Shown here one piece after another: positions 13,238-27,625 of a DNA stretch of 64,000 nt. The stretch is from Camelus ferus (lineage: Eukaryota): contig NC_045696.1 in the NCBI RefSeq assembly GCF_009834535.1, positions 86,182,001 through 86,246,000 on the forward strand, written 5' to 3'. The notes under the pieces are model-generated. The model saw only the letters and a list, made by a program, of their open reading frames with translations. It was not told the DNA's origin and ran no database searches. How positions within the stretch are numbered: position 1 is the stretch's first letter; each line of letters starts with the position of its first letter. Both the position numbers and the translations under genes were made by a program.

Positions 13238-14970
13238 CAGGCATACCTCAGAGATACTGCAGGTTTGGTTCCAGACCACAGCAATTAAACAAATATTACA
13301 ATAAAATGAATCACATGAATGTTTTGGTTTCTCAGTGCATATAAAAGTTATGTTTACACTGTACTATAATCTATTAAGTATGTAATAGCATTAAGTAAAA
13401 AAAAGTACATACCTTAATTAGAAGTACTTTATTGCTAAAAAATGCGAATCATCATCTGAACCTTCAGTGAGCTGTAATCTTTTGCCAGTCTTGCTTTGAT
13501 CTTGATGGCTGCTGACTGATCAGAGTGGTGGTTGCTGAAGGGTGGGTGGCTGGGGCAATTTCTTAAAATAGGACAACAGTGAAGTCTGACACACTGATTG
13601 CCTCTTCCTTTCACAAGCAAATTCTCTGTAGCATGCAGTGCTATTTGATAGCATTTGACCCATGGCAGAACGTCTTTCAAAACTGAAGTCAATCCTCTGA
13701 AACCCAGCTGCTGCTTTAATCACCTAAGTTGTGTACTATTCTAAATTATTTGTTATCATTTCAACAGTCTGCACAGCATCTTCACCAGGAGTGGATTACA
13801 TCTCAATAAACCACTTTTTTTGCTCATCCATAGGAAGCAACTCCTCATCTGTTAAACTTTAATCATGAGGTTGCAGCAATTCAGTCACATCTTCAGATTA
13901 CTTACAATTCTAGTTCTCTTGCTATTTCTATCACATCTTCAGTGACTTCCCCGAGTTCTCGAACCCCGCAAAGTCATCCATGAGAGTTGGAATAAACAGA
14001 TAATTCTGTCATCCACCTCAGGCAGAATAGATTGAGCATGAAATTCTGGAATGGTAAATGAGCACTGGCTTTCACTTAAAGTCACCAGCTGCATTAGCTC
14101 CTAACATAAGAGTCAACCTGTCCTTTGACACTTGGAAGCAGGCAATGACTTTTCCTCTCTAACTATGAAAGTCCTAGCTGGCATCTTCTTCCAATATAGG
14201 ACCATCTCATTGAAAATCTGTTGTTTAGTGTAGCCAACTTCATTAGTCGTCTCAGCTAGATCTTCCGGATAACTTGCTGCAGCTTCTACATCGGCACTTG
14301 CTGCTTCGACTTGCACTTTTATGTTACGGAGATAGCTTTTTTCCCTTAAACTTTATGAACCAATGTCTGGTAGCTTCGAACTTTTCTTTTGTAGCTTCCT
14401 CACCTCTCTCAGCCTTTACAGAATTGAAAAAAGTTAGGGCCATGCTCTGATTAAATTGTGGGATAAGGGAAAGTTGTGGCTGACTCGATTTTCTAATAAG
14501 ACCACTAAAGCTTTCTCCATATCAGCAGTAAGGCTTTTTGGGCTTCATATCATTTGTGTGCTAATTAGAGTAGCACTTTTAACTTCTTTCAAGAACTTTT
14601 CCTTTGCATTCTCAGCTTGGCTAACTGTTCGATGCAAGAGATCTGGCTTTCAACCTCTCAGCTTTCAACATGCCTTCCTCACTAAAGGCATAATTTCTGT
14701 CTTTTGATTTATAGTGGGAGACATGCAACTCTTCCTTTCACTTGAACACTTAGGGGACATTGTAGGATTATTAACTAGCCTAATATGAATATTATTATGT
14801 CTCAGGGAATAGAAGAGCCCTAGGAGAGAGAGAGAGAGAATAGCTTCTGTAGGTGCAGCAGTCAGAACACGTGAATATTTACAGATCAATGGGTGTGGTT
14901 CATGGTGCCCCAAACACTGATGTTACAATAGTAACATCAAAGATCACCGATCACAGATCACCATAACACA
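13238..14970 (-). mobile_element. Tigger1 DNA transposon, decayed, lacking its 5' end
   Basis: Starts TA|caggcatacctcagagatactgcagg (Tigger1 3' TIR). Transposase remnants read [39 protein letters not shown] and KAAAGFQRIDFSFER..LSNSTACYREF. Confidence 0.93.
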
Positions 14971-16075
14971 ATCATCTATGCAGTTAATGTTCTTTGGCAT
15001 GTTTAATTTCTACCCATTAACTTTAGCAGACGTACTCTAACTATATGTTATATAAATATATAATAAGCATGTGATACAGTATGTAAATATGTTAATATAT
15101 AATATAGAATACATAATTTTATGTAAAATTGTATATTTGAATTAAATACATCTTAATTTTATTCTTATTAAAATAAAAGAAGCTACTTCATAATCAGCTA
15201 TAGACATTAATATCAATGTTTATTCTTTTTACTCCTTTGTTTTTATTAAACCACATTATTTAAAAAATAGTAGCTCTAAAAATTTTAATTTTGGTCTAAA
15301 TTGGATTATTTTAATAATAATAAATATGTTACTTCTTCACTAAAAAGTATTAACACAAAGTAATAGAAGCTAAGTAGGTGACACCCATTTATTTGCAAAT
15401 AGATTGAATTTTAAGAATGACTATTTCAGGTGAATCAAAATTAATACTGTCAATGGTTAGATTTTTTCATTCTTTAGAGAAAATGAGTATGGCACAAACT
15501 CAGTATGAACAGTTTTTTTCTCTTTTCTTTCTTTAACACTTAACATCACTTTTAAGGATGTGAGCCTATAACACTAAGTAAAGTCTGAATTGTAGTTGAA
15601 ATAGCACTTCACTGATGGAAGTTTATTATGTACCCTACATCATACCCACATTAAAAGAAAACAGTAACTAGACATCATCCAAAATATAGAAGCTTTTTTC
15701 TCACTCTTACATTTATTCTACTCAGAACTTAATGTGCATGTGCCCTGTGATCTTTGGTATCTCTTTTTAACATTAAAAAGAATTGCACAGGAAATGACTT
15801 GACCTGTTTGGCCGAAGTGGGGTCCTTTTTTTTTTTTTTTTTTTTTTTTCTTTTTTCTTTTCATAAGATGGCTCCTAAAAGCTTGGCATATGGCATAAAT
15901 TTAACAAAAGATTTAAGAAGTTAAGGATAAATACATATATTTAGGCATCTGATACACAGTGCATCTCAAACTGAACTAATTACACATCCCCCAAATCTTA
16001 CTGTGTTTTGTTCAAATGGTCTGGAATCTCTAGTTGACAGGACTTTCTGATTTCTTCCAACAAATATAACCTCTC

Positions 16076-16520
16076 TGTGGACCTGCCAGAGAAAATCAGA
16101 GCTGGACAGTTGTTAAAGTGGTAAAACAGATTTTACTCAAGAACTATTGAAATAGGGGGGAAAAAAGACTTCAGTATAGAACTGGGCTCAGTTCTAAATA
16201 CAAGACAAAGTGGGGGTTTATAGCCAAAGAGCAAGTCGGGTGGTCAATGGAGGATAAAATTTTGCCTAAACTGACAGGATTCTTGCTGAAGGCAGGCCAG
16301 TGTGATCAGGTATCACCTGGGAGATGGTAGAAGATGAGAAATTTGATTAAATATTGATCAGATATCTAGGCAGGAGATTTTTGCTAAAAGGACTTAGCAG
16401 GATTTTTGCTAAAATCAGGCAATATAAAGACAAACACGAAAGTCCAAAGGTTGAGGTGTAGTTGGAAAGAAGATACACAGGAGCCTGACTAGAGCTCGGT
16501 CAAGCAGAGTGTCTTTGTCA
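16076..16520 (-). mobile_element. MER31-like ERV1 LTR
   Basis: The minus strand begins tgacaaagacactctgcttgaccgagctctagtcaggctcct, matching the recalled MER31 5' end. Confidence 0.7.
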
Positions 16521-16617
16521 GAGCCACACCACTTTATTAATACTGCTTCTACGGTTTTGGTCTCAGTGATTTGATTAGATGCTATGTTCCTCATTGTGGT
16601 GAGAGGTTGCTGTAGGT

Positions 16618-16815
16618 CAGTGGTTCTCAATAGGGGGACAGTCTTATGCCCTGGTGGACATTTGGCAATATCTGGATTATTTTTGGTTGTCACAACTGGC
16701 CCTTAGTGGGTGGAGGCCAAGGATACATTAAACCTCCTACAATGCACAGGACAGACCCTCACAACAATAATTCTCTGTTTCAAAATGTCAATAGTGGTGA
16801 AGTTGAAAAACTTTA
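16618..16815. mobile_element. MER20 (hAT-Charlie)
   Basis: 'cagtggttctcaa..ggacatttggcaatatctgga..tggttgtcacaactgg..caatgcacaggacagaccc..caaaatgtcaatagtg'. Confidence 0.85.
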
Positions 16816-17109
16816 TAGTAGATCAAGCATTGTGTCTCACTGTCATGTTCTTGAAACTTCTGTGTGTATGTTTCATATAAACACTTTCTAAATTTTAAAC
16901 ATCAGTGCTTGAGGAAACTGTAAGCTCAGCAGTCTGCTAGAGGTGGCTCATGGCGTCTACATACTATAACGTACCTTATACAGGATTATTTACCCACTTG
17001 ACTTATGTGGTTCTTTTCTTATAAAATTTTTAGAGTACTGACTTCTAGTCTTTTTCTCCTTCTCTAAAAAAATGTATTAGTTTATTAATTATCCAGATAG
17101 TTTTTACTA

Positions 17110-19000
17110 TTTTTTCATGGACAACATTTTTTGTAAGTGAATATTCTTCAAAAGTAATTAAAGGCTCTAATGACTACGAAGTGTTTCATTGTAAAATTTT
17201 GGTATTATTTTCTTAACCATTAGTTCTTCATAGATATATCAGTAATTTCTTATGATTCACTGCTGCATAAATTACTAATGAGCATCTTCTTACACAGATG
17301 CATCCACCTCTAAGATTATTTCCTAAACCAAAATTCTTAGAAGTAGAATTTGTGGATCTAATATTGTGTTTTGTAAAAGTCTTAAGGCATATTGCCAAAT
17401 TGCTTTTCAGAATGGTTATACCAATTTATCCTCCACCACCAACATGGGAAGCTGTACACTTGACTAAATCTTTGCCAACAATTGTATTACTGCTAAAATA
17501 AAATAATTGTCAGTTTGATAGAAGAAAATACATCACTTTTTTCTTTTTAAATTACCCTTCTAAGTATTATAGTTAATATATTTATGTATTTATTGGCCTT
17601 AACTTACTGTACTTTTAAATAATTATTCTTATCTTTCTAGATAATATTTTTTTCACTGTATGAGAAAAGAGTAGTGTCCTTAACTTAAATCAATCAGTAT
17701 ACCTGAAGACCAAGAATATATCTCTAAACTACTTGCCTGTTCTACCCATTCCACCCACCCTCCAAATTCCCAGACATTTCCAGTGAATAAAGGAATACAA
17801 GTTAATAGTGGTTGCACCAATTTTATTATTCTCTCATTAAAGTTTCTCTTGGCAGCTCGCCTCCCTATTGTCCATAAAGGATTACCTAAAGTGATCTAAA
17901 GTAGGGGAAGTCTCTACATACTTCATGAAATGAATACCACAATAAGATTGGTGAACAACTATCTTCTCAAACAGATACAAAATAAAAGAAAAAAAAATTT
18001 TCCCTTGTAATGAGAACTCAGGATTTACTCTCTTAACTACTTTGTTATAACACAGCAATATTAATTAAGTTAAACACATTGTACATTATATCCCTAGTAC
18101 TTATTTCTCTTATAACCGCACATTTATATCTTTTAACCACTTTCATCCAATTCCACCTCTTTCCAATCCTTGCCCCCAGTGACCACAAATTTGATCTCTT
18201 TTTCTGTGAGTTTGTTTCTTTATTGTGTTATGTTGTGTATGTCTGTTAGCAGGCCCATAATGTCTAGTGGTCTCTCTCTATTCATGTCAGTGCCATCTGT
18301 GTACAATACTGCCCAGACATTAAATCATTAGGAGTTTCAATATGACAATGTTCTAGTTCTATTATTTCTTATTCATTTAAGTGCTGTATTATTTTTATAA
18401 AAAAAACCTCTTTATAATTTTCTTCTTTTTAATCTCAGGTACCAATCATATAGAAAAATGCAGGGATATGTTTTCTTTCTTTTTAAAAAACTAGTTAAAG
18501 GATTGTGTAGTTTTCCAAAAATCTTCCAAATGAAGTTTTATTTCTTTCATTTTTCTTCTCTTTAGAATGTCATTTAAATCATGTGTTAACTGTATGTCTT
18601 TCAATCATTTTAAATATATATACAGACAGATTGTATGTATGCATATATATGTATATGTGTATATTTATAATATAATATATGTTCTATATATAAATATTTA
18701 TATGTAAACTGATATAAATACATATATTCATTGCTTAATTTTTGGAAAGTTGGCTCCTGCATCCTTTTGATATGTCTATTATTTTTTATAGTTTCATAGT
18801 TTTTTATATCATATTATATTCCAAGTTCATCTTTATTTCCTACCTCATACTTGTAATTAGCAATTTACTCAGGGAGTCCTGGTTCCTCTCAATAGAAACT
18901 AGTATTTTGAGACTGTTCTGAGCACTCCGTGCTATCAGGTCCATCATTGTTTCTTGTTTTTTTTAAGAAAGATCTATGAAATATTGTTAAAGATTAAATA
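17110..19000 (-). mobile_element. Cluster of old antisense L1 fragments (L1ME/L1MC, with a younger L1MA-type 3' end at about 17920-18230)
   Basis: 'cattgccaaattgctttcagaatggttataccaattta' and 'gtaatgagaactcaggatttactctctt..tacattatatccctagtacttatt'. Confidence 0.6.
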
Positions 19001-19839
19001 TATCATGAGTTTATACCAAGACTTACAGTACACAAGTGAGACTATATAAAGTGAAAAAAAAATTGGGGAAGTCTCTGGGAAGACAATAGTTAAGAGACAG
19101 AGAAACTAAATTGATTCAGTGCAAGAATGGATAATGATTGATGTACTAAAACTGTGGAACCAAATCAAAGAACAAAGCAGCATGAGTTTGGGACCAAAGC
19201 ACTAGAAACCCCCATGGATATAATCAGTTTGCATTCATGATATGTTAAGTGGATGGGGTCTGAATGCAACAAGCTGACTTTAGATTTTTCAGAATAGAAA
19301 GAGAAATTAATATCCTAAGTCATAACTATCAGAAAATCAATGTATTATACTTTTAATTAGAATTATTTACTCTTACTGTTTGTGCCAAATTATTTCTCAT
19401 TGTTAATAGATAAGATGAATTATTTAATGTTTTGGCTGATATATAATAATAAATCCTGTATGCATACTACATGTGACAGTAGAGTCACATGATCATAATA
19501 AGATTAATTCCACAGCTGAGCATCAATTTTATATACCACTCCATAGTTTTATCATTTATGCTCATTCATCCACTTCTGGCTTTTTAAGAAGTAATGTTTG
19601 CTGGAACTCATGGCAATTTCCTAACAGAATGACATTTATGGAAACTTTAAATTCATACAAATTCTGATATAGTACAAGAACATTTAGAATTTTTCTAGGT
19701 ACATTACTTACTACGAGCTAATGAAAATAATACTTGAAAGTGAGGAAGCAGCTCTTGCAGTAAAGGAAATCTTTTTTTTTTTTTTAGCATATTATGAAAA
19801 TAACAGCACTCTTTAAAATACATACATACTTCAGGTCAT

Positions 19840-22010
19840 TTTCTCGAGAGAGAGAAACTGACTTTCCAGTGTCCAATTTTTTGCATTGGTATTTCTGCAG
19901 AAAATCAACTTTATATATGTAAGTTATTTTCTAGATTCTCTATTCTCTTCCTTTGATTTATTTATCTATCCTTTGCTAATGTCTCAAGTGGTATAGCATG
20001 CCAGTAAGTTCTGAAGTCACATCATATTCTTACTCCAATTTTGTTATTCTTTTTCAAAGAAGTTTCAGGAGTCATTCTAGGTCCTTTGCATGTAAGTTTT
20101 TAAATTAGCTTGTCAAATTCTATAAAAAGAGCCTGACAATTTTGACTGGGGTTGAGTTACTTCTATAGATTACTTTGAAAAGACTGATACCTTAAGCTAC
20201 TGAGTCTGCCGTGTTTTATATGATATGTAGCACAGTTTTTATTAAATGCATGTCTAAGTGCTTTATGGTTTTTGATGTTATTATACTTTTTAAATTTCAT
20301 TTTCATTTTTTGCTTTTATTTAGAAATACAGTTGATTTAAATTTAAATTGTTTGTATACTTTTAAATTTACAGAAAAGTTTCAAGGATCATTCAAAGAAT
20401 CCTTTACCAGATTCTTTTATCCAGAATCCTTTACATTTTCCCCCCATATGTTTTCTGAATTTTTCCAAATAATTAGAGAGTAAATTAGAGATAACTTTGC
20501 CACTTTCCCTGAAATAATTCAGTATGTGCTTCCTTAGAACAAAAACACTCTTTCATATGACCACAGAGCAATCTTCGAAATTAGATATCATAGATACAAT
20601 GCTATTATCTAAACTCAGTCCATTCTCCTATTTTGTGAATTGTACCCCCATTAATGCCCTTAATGGCTGTTTGTTTTCATGATCTAGGATCATGCATTAC
20701 ATTTAGGTGCCATTTATTTTTAGTCTCATTTAACCTGAAATACTCTCTCTCTTAACCTTGACATTTTAACTGTACAGACTACTACTTTTCTTTCTTTTCT
20801 TTTCTTTTCTTTTCTTTTCTTTTCTTTTCTTTTCTAAGAATGTGTTTCAGTTTGGTTTTCTCTGAAAATCCCTTATGATTGAATGCAGGTTACGCATTTT
20901 TGGCAGAAATACTACATAAATGATTTTATGTTCTTCTCAGAGTATGATATCAAGAAACATGATGTTGGCTTGTCCCTATATTTGTACATGTAAAAAATTA
21001 AATCACTTGTTTAAGACAGTGTCTGCCAAGTCTCTTTACTGTTAATATTATTTTTCCTGGTAATTGATGTATTTTGTTGAGGAATATTTCAAGGCTACAT
21101 AAATATAGCTATTTTGAGAGTATGTAAATACCCTGTACTTCATCAAATATTCACTAACTAGTTTTAGGATCTACTAATAACTTTCTACTTCCATTATTTT
21201 TTCATCATTACCAATTGACATTCTACTCTAAGAAATAGTTTTTTCTTTTTTTTCCTATTTGTTTATGAACTTATTTCTATCCAGATGGACTCATAGAGTC
21301 TATGTTTCATCTAAGGGGTTATAATTCATTGTGATCATTATTTTGGTGTTCATGTGTTCCAGATACGACCAGCAGGAATCCTTCAAGCTGGTTCTCATAT
21401 TATTTAGGTATGATTCTTCGTTCTTTCAGAGCTCCTTTACTTTTGGATATAATGAGATTTCCCAAATTCATCTCATACATTCCAGCTCTGGAAGCAACCT
21501 TTTCTCCAAAGCGTCCTGGTTTCTTTTAGTAAGAATTGGAATTTAAAAATCAGAATCTAGGTTCTCTGTATATTCATTGCTAATGGTATATTCTTGCTTT
21601 TAGGTCTGTGCTGTCAAAAATAATAGCCATTAGCAAAATGTAGCTATTTTAATATAAATAAATATTTATTACAATTAAATATAATTAAAAGTAAGTTTCT
21701 CAATCATACTAGTCACATTTCAGGTATTTAATAACCAAATGTGGCTAGTAATGTGGTTGACAGCACATATATAAAACATTTCCACCATTATAGGAAAATT
21801 CTCTTAGATGATGCTATTCTAAACTCAGTGCAAAAAGATTGAAGATGAATACACACACATGTAACACACACAATAAACATACTACATATGTAGCTATGAT
21901 TTCAGAATTCCTACTAATACTTCAATTACAAGGTATATCCTAATTTGCCCCTTTCAAATGTTTAAATTCCTATCTCTAATAGTGAAAATCCCATCTCCTG
22001 TGATCCTTGA
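19840..22010 (-). mobile_element. Old L1 fragments (ORF2 remnant plus L1MC-type 3' UTR)
   Basis: 'ctaggtcctttgcatgtaagtttttaaattagcttgtcaaattct' and 'ggttacgcatttttggcagaaatactaca'. Contains (TTTTC)n at about 20785-20835. Confidence 0.65.
21606..21816 (-). mobile_element. MER3 (hAT-Charlie MITE)
   Basis: 'ctgtgctgtcaa..tagccattagc..ctagtcacatttcaggta..atgtggctagt..acatttccaccattataggaaaattct'. Confidence 0.75.
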
Positions 22011-22019
22011 TTCTTTACA

Positions 22020-23530
22020 CTGGTATCTGCACATTTGAGTAATGGGACTCCTTTCCCAGACTTTACAGGTTTGCTTTGAGACAGTTCACAGGTCATCTTA
22101 GTTTGGGTTTCTGAGGGTGTCTGGTGGTAAAGTGCTTGGGCAGGTGGAGCTTGCCATTATGGTCTATTTGGGGTCAAGGCAACTGGTTGAGCTTTGAGGA
22201 TGGAGATGAGGAGGTGTGCCACTAGCTGAAAAAGTTGGACAGGACTGCTGATTCGGGTCCTGCCCAAGTGATGCTGGAGGGTGAGCTCCACAATTCCGAC
22301 AATCTCTGGTCAAGCATCCTGGGTGGTGGACTCTAGGTACTATGCTCAGTGGTGAGTAGGACTGTGAATAAGAGTCCCTGCTCTGGCAGGTGAGCATGTC
22401 AGTGCCCAGGCCCTGTACAGCTTATTGTCTGAGGGCCCCAATCAGGCCTAAGTGTGTACTGAATTCCTTGGCCAGGTGAGGCCACCTGTTTTGCTCTGCT
22501 CCGTGGGCTATGCTCCAGGGCTACTTTCCATAGCTCTGTTGCATGAGTGGCCTGGCTTTCCGTGCGCCCTGGTTAGGTTCCCTGGCTGGCCAGGCTGAAG
22601 ACTGTGTTCAGAGATGAGCAGCCACACAGATTAGGTTCCTTGCCTGGGCACAGCTGAAGAGGCACCTCTAAAACCGGTAAAGCTCTTGGTTTGTTATCTT
22701 AACTCAAGTTGATTCACACTCCAAGTTCCCTGGTCAAACAGGGCCACTGGATTTGCTGCACAAATGATCAGTTCTGTCTGCCCTTCCCTCAGCTTGGGCA
22801 CTGCTGGATACAACAGCTTCCAGGAATTGTTACCAACCTTTCTGGTCACATGAGGCTAGAAATCATTCTCCACAGTGGGTGGAGGTGTGACTCAACACCT
22901 TGTCTGAAGTTGGTCAAACCAGGCTCTAGGGCCAGAATAACTCCTAGTTTGAGGATCCAAATCAGGCAGATCTGGACCTGCCAAGTTTCCTGATTGGAGT
23001 GCACCACTGACTTGCTTCTGAGTATGAGCAAAGCTGCTGGTTGTGATTACTACTTGGGCACTGCGGGTAGGAACTTAGGTCTGCTAAGATCCATGTGCTG
23101 CTGGTTGCAAGCCCTTCTCACCTTCCTCCTCAGAGTCAGATTTCCGGTAACTGGGACCCACAGATTCTCCTGCAGTCCCTGTGGTGCAAGATCAGAACAG
23201 GGGCTCCCACAAAACGACTCAGAATTCTCGGGGAGGCTGGTTGTCTCCCTTGGGTTTTCGTTTCCCCCGGAGGAACCATTGGCTTAGGGAAGACCTCTCT
23301 GTGTGGTGCCACACTGTCCTGGGGGAGAGCAATGTGGTCAATGTGAAGTCACTTGTCTTCTCCTTCTAATGCAGTCTTTCTTGGTCTGTGTGGCGAAGAG
23401 AGATGCTTCAGTTTTACCCCCACATTCTAGGAGTCCTTCGGTAGTATCTTGTTTTTGAACACGTTAGTTGTTATTCTTGTGAGGGGGAGCAAGAGCAGGA
23501 ATGACCTACGTGGCCATCTGGGTGATCTCT
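22020..23530 (-). mobile_element. L1M2/L1M3-type 5' UTR (GC-richer)
   Basis: Ends 'gttattcttgtgagggggagcaagagcaggaatgacctacgtggccatct', the recalled antisense 5' terminus of L1M2/L1MA-type elements with a YY1-like agatggc. Confidence 0.75.
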
Positions 23531-23818
23531 CTCTCTGTCTCCTAGTTTTTTTTATTATATTCCAGACATAGTGTAGAAAAGAACAGTGGAGTCTGAAGTA
23601 AAATTTTGTTTTTCCCACACAGTGTTAATTCTTTCATTCTAGGGGGTAGTTGGTACAAGCAAGGGTCCAGCTGAGTTGGAGGCTGGCCAGCATCTTTGGT
23701 TATAGTGAATTCACATCTGGTTAAACTAACTTGCAGACTGTTCCTTTGATCTTGACAGTGTTTAAGCTGGAAGGTAGTTGGGCAGTAGTTTTACACACTT
23801 TTGCTCTACATGTAGTTT

Positions 23819-24281
23819 TGTTGGGAAAAAAAATTTTTCCTCCTACACTTCTTTGGCTAGTCTAGGAATTAAATTGACATGAAACAGATTTACAGGAGAA
23901 AGACAAATTTAAGGTCATACATATGAGAATCCCTTAGAATATGGAACTCAAGGGTAAGTCAGGCAGTTGAGGTTTATAAGCCTTCCTGAGCTAAGGGAAG
24001 GGATAGGGGTCTGGGGCTCCAAAGGGGAGGAGGATAATTCACAAGACAATAAGAAGAGCAGGATGCTTGGTAATTAGATATTGTCCTGCAAATTAGATAG
24101 GTCATGCAGATGATAGTTATCTTTGGTAATAGCTCTCCCTGAGCCAGACCCCCATCTAAATTCTTAAGGGAGAAGCAGAAGTTTTTCTTGAGTCCGCTGG
24201 GTGTTGATTGCCTTCAGATTAAACAACCCACCTGCTAAAGTGGTGTAGTTTGGGGTCATGTAGGTAGTCTGGTCCTCTTCA
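23819..24281 (-). mobile_element. Third MER34-like ERV1 solo LTR
   Basis: Same family as the 9931 and 11054 copies ('aattaaattgacatgaaacagatttacaggagaaa', 'gttatctttggtaatagctc'). TG..CA ends with near-TSD gttt/gctt. Confidence 0.75.
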
Positions 24282-27200
24282 GCTTCATCCCTGGAAGGGC
24301 CCAGGAATTGAAGCACCATAATGATGTGATAATGAGAACATTGAATAAATTTTCCCATTTCTCTCCCTTCCTTGAATTCCAATTATTTTGTAAATTCTTG
24401 AGTTGGAAAGGATAAAAACTTAGGGAATTTAATGATGTTGTCTTGTGTTCAAGGCACTGTTAGATTTCACTTTTCCCCAGCTGTCCACAGTTATTAGACT
24501 TCCTTGATTTCTCTTTACCCGCACAATGTCCCCTTTCCTACTGAAAACACTTCTCAGCCTGTCTACATCCTAAATATGATTTTTCTCAGCTTTTGCCAAC
24601 AGGATTCTCCATTTAACTAGGGAAGTCTAGCATTTTCTGTAATTCAATTCATTAAGGCTTCCTTACATACCAATAGCACCAAAAGTACTGTAGAAAATAC
24701 GGTTTGGTGGTTGGTTGTTTATTCCGCAGAGACAAAGATCTGTCCCATTTTTCTGTATACTGAACAGTGTTTGAAGTTTAAAGTTACCTTTATAAGGTAA
24801 AACTGACAGCTCATTATTAAACACTACACTAATACTGCTTCACATGACCACCAAAAATCTTATTTTTCTATTTTCTATCATCGAGTCCTATGACCCTCTA
24901 AGTAAAAGTATTGTTATGTGCACATACTGAAAATTTCAAATATTTGAACAAATGTAACTCTGATTTATATTAAACTTTGTTTTGTTTATTTTCATAGCAG
25001 AATTGAATCAAAATTATTTTTAAAAGTTGGGCATATGATTATTAACATCTAAATTAGTGTAAGTATTCTCATTAGTAACCACATTTTCCAGTATAACTCA
25101 ACCTTATCAATATTGTTTAGTCTCAGTTCAAAAATACTCCAACACAATAGCTTTAAAAGATTTGATTTAAAAAATAAATGCTTGCCTGGAAACAGATGAA
25201 AAATATATTTGAAGTAAACAATCATGTTTTGAACATCTAATTCAGGAGCATTGCCATTAAACTCAATAGAATTAAGAAGTCAGTTTATGTAATGGAATTT
25301 ATTGTCATATCTGAAGTCAGGAAGACTCATAAAGTCAATTTCATCTATAAGGCTTAGAGATGCTCTCTTGAATAATTTATATACACTAAATTATCTGTTA
25401 ATTTAATTTTAAACTGACAACATTTACTCAAAAGATCATTTTAAACAGAGAACTGGAAACAGCTTCATCTATGTCTTATTCTTTAGCCTTACAATTTAAA
25501 AATTAGTATTTGTCATGGTACCTTCAATAAATAACAAAATGCAATTTACAGTAAAAGTTATAAAACATAATTAGCTAGTGATGTACTGAACTGAGTGTCA
25601 TTACGCCTCCAGGACATTTCCTAAACTCAGTTAAACTGGATTTACTGAATGACCACTTGCCTCTCTCTCGTATAGTTTTATTCATAAGTTCTCAATAGTT
25701 TTACTTAATATGATATTCTACATAATCCTTGAGAGCTTATGAGTTATTCATATAAAATAATCTAAATATTCACATTTGATCAAGTGTAACGATATGAAGA
25801 TGTATAATGAGAAAGCTAGTTCTCTCTGCTCTCTCCCATCTTCATCCTCCCTGCAGCCGTATATCAAATATAAAACTAGCAATCTGGTTATGCACTTCTG
25901 TGTACACACACAGCCTCATCTGTTTATCCTAGCTCAAATGTAGGGACTTAAGTTTTCTTGTGTGTAGCTGGTGACATGATTTATTACTGCTTAAACATAA
26001 ACTCATAAATCTGCAACTTGTTATTTTTATATAAAATATGCATTGAACATCTCTAAATCATGTATACATGGATATACTCATTTCTTTTACATCTCAAATT
26101 GGTGTGCATATATGTTATATGTAAATGATATTTATTAACACATTCACTTAATCATAAACACACAAACACTCCATACAGATTTATGGGCCTGCACACTAAT
26201 ATACAAACCTTGGCTTGGTGCACAAAAATTCTCTTGGTCTTTCCTTTATATATTTTACATGATAGTCTTAGGGTGGTAGTTGAAGCTCCAGGCCTAATAC
26301 TGGAATTTTAAAGCAAAGAATGGGAAGGCCAGGTACCAGCATACCTGTTCTTTTCATCCAGATAGTGAAAAAAGGATAAGTGTAGCATACTTCTGATTTA
26401 ATCCATTCCAAACTGTATCATATGGTGACCTACACAGGTAAAGGAGGCAGAGAAAGTGAACTTTTCCATCCTCCACTCTCTGTTGTAAATAAAGATAGCA
26501 AAGGAGAAGCATGGTGAGCATATATGTTTGCTTAGCCAAAGAAAATCATATTCCTCATCATCTTCCTAGTTTGGAAAATTTGAAAAGCTCTTGCTTATTA
26601 GCATTTTCTAGTGTCTTTCTCAATTTTCATTATTGGTGTTGATGATTATTCTGAGTGTTTATTTTAGGTCACCATGCGCTAAGAACAATTTATACATCAA
26701 TTAAACTGCACTTCTTCTTATTAATTAGATATTGGCATCCCAAGTTTGGAGATGAGCTATATGAGGCTCAGACATGTTAAATTTGTCACTTAATACACAG
26801 AATTAATAAATGAAAATAACTGATTTAATTACCAGTTCTTGTTTAAGTTTTCAAAGACCAGAGTACTGCTTTTACAGTAGCAATCCAATAAAGCATTTCT
26901 AAAAGCACAGTATTTGAAGCCCAGACATATTAAATACCTCACTCAATTCACAGAATTAGTAAATGGGAATCAACTGTGATTCATTTACCAGTTGATCTGA
27001 CTCCAAAGACAAGGTATACGAATGCATATAGTTGAAGATTTTTCAGTCCATCATTGACAATACAATTTGATCATTTATATCATCATTATCAACAGAATTG
27101 TCAGATATTAATATGTATTGGTTGCAGTGATGTTACCAGAATGTGTAAATGCTCATGAAAAGCACTGCTGAGCCATTATTCTTCAATGTTAAAAAGGAAA

Positions 27201-27625
27201 AGCTGAGTCCAATGTTGGATTGATTTGGTCTCAAAATATAAATTTATTTTAGTGATATCTACTACCACCAGCGGCAACAAACTGCACCTCAGATCTGACA
27301 TCAAAAATAGAATATCAATTAGAATTTGGTTAAACAAAAATCTTCAAACATTTCCACTACTTCCATTTGTAACATTAAACACAGTGATAATGTAATAATA
27401 ATATTGAGTTTCTTTGTTTGCTTTGAAAATGATTCTAGTTTAAAATATACACAACAGGGAGTTCTAACTTTAACTTCTAGTACTTTCAAAGGTCATTGTC
27501 TCTTCTTCATTATTGGAAGGATTCTGAATTTGACACTCATCTTTGTATGTATTTGCATCGATTATCCTCTCTGGAGGCTCTGTAATGTATGACATGAGTG
27601 AGTTTATCTTACACTGCGTAATCAG

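Noticed and set aside
15826..15862. Poly-T tract as a retrocopy tail
   Set aside because: No TSD or recognisable element body is adjacent.
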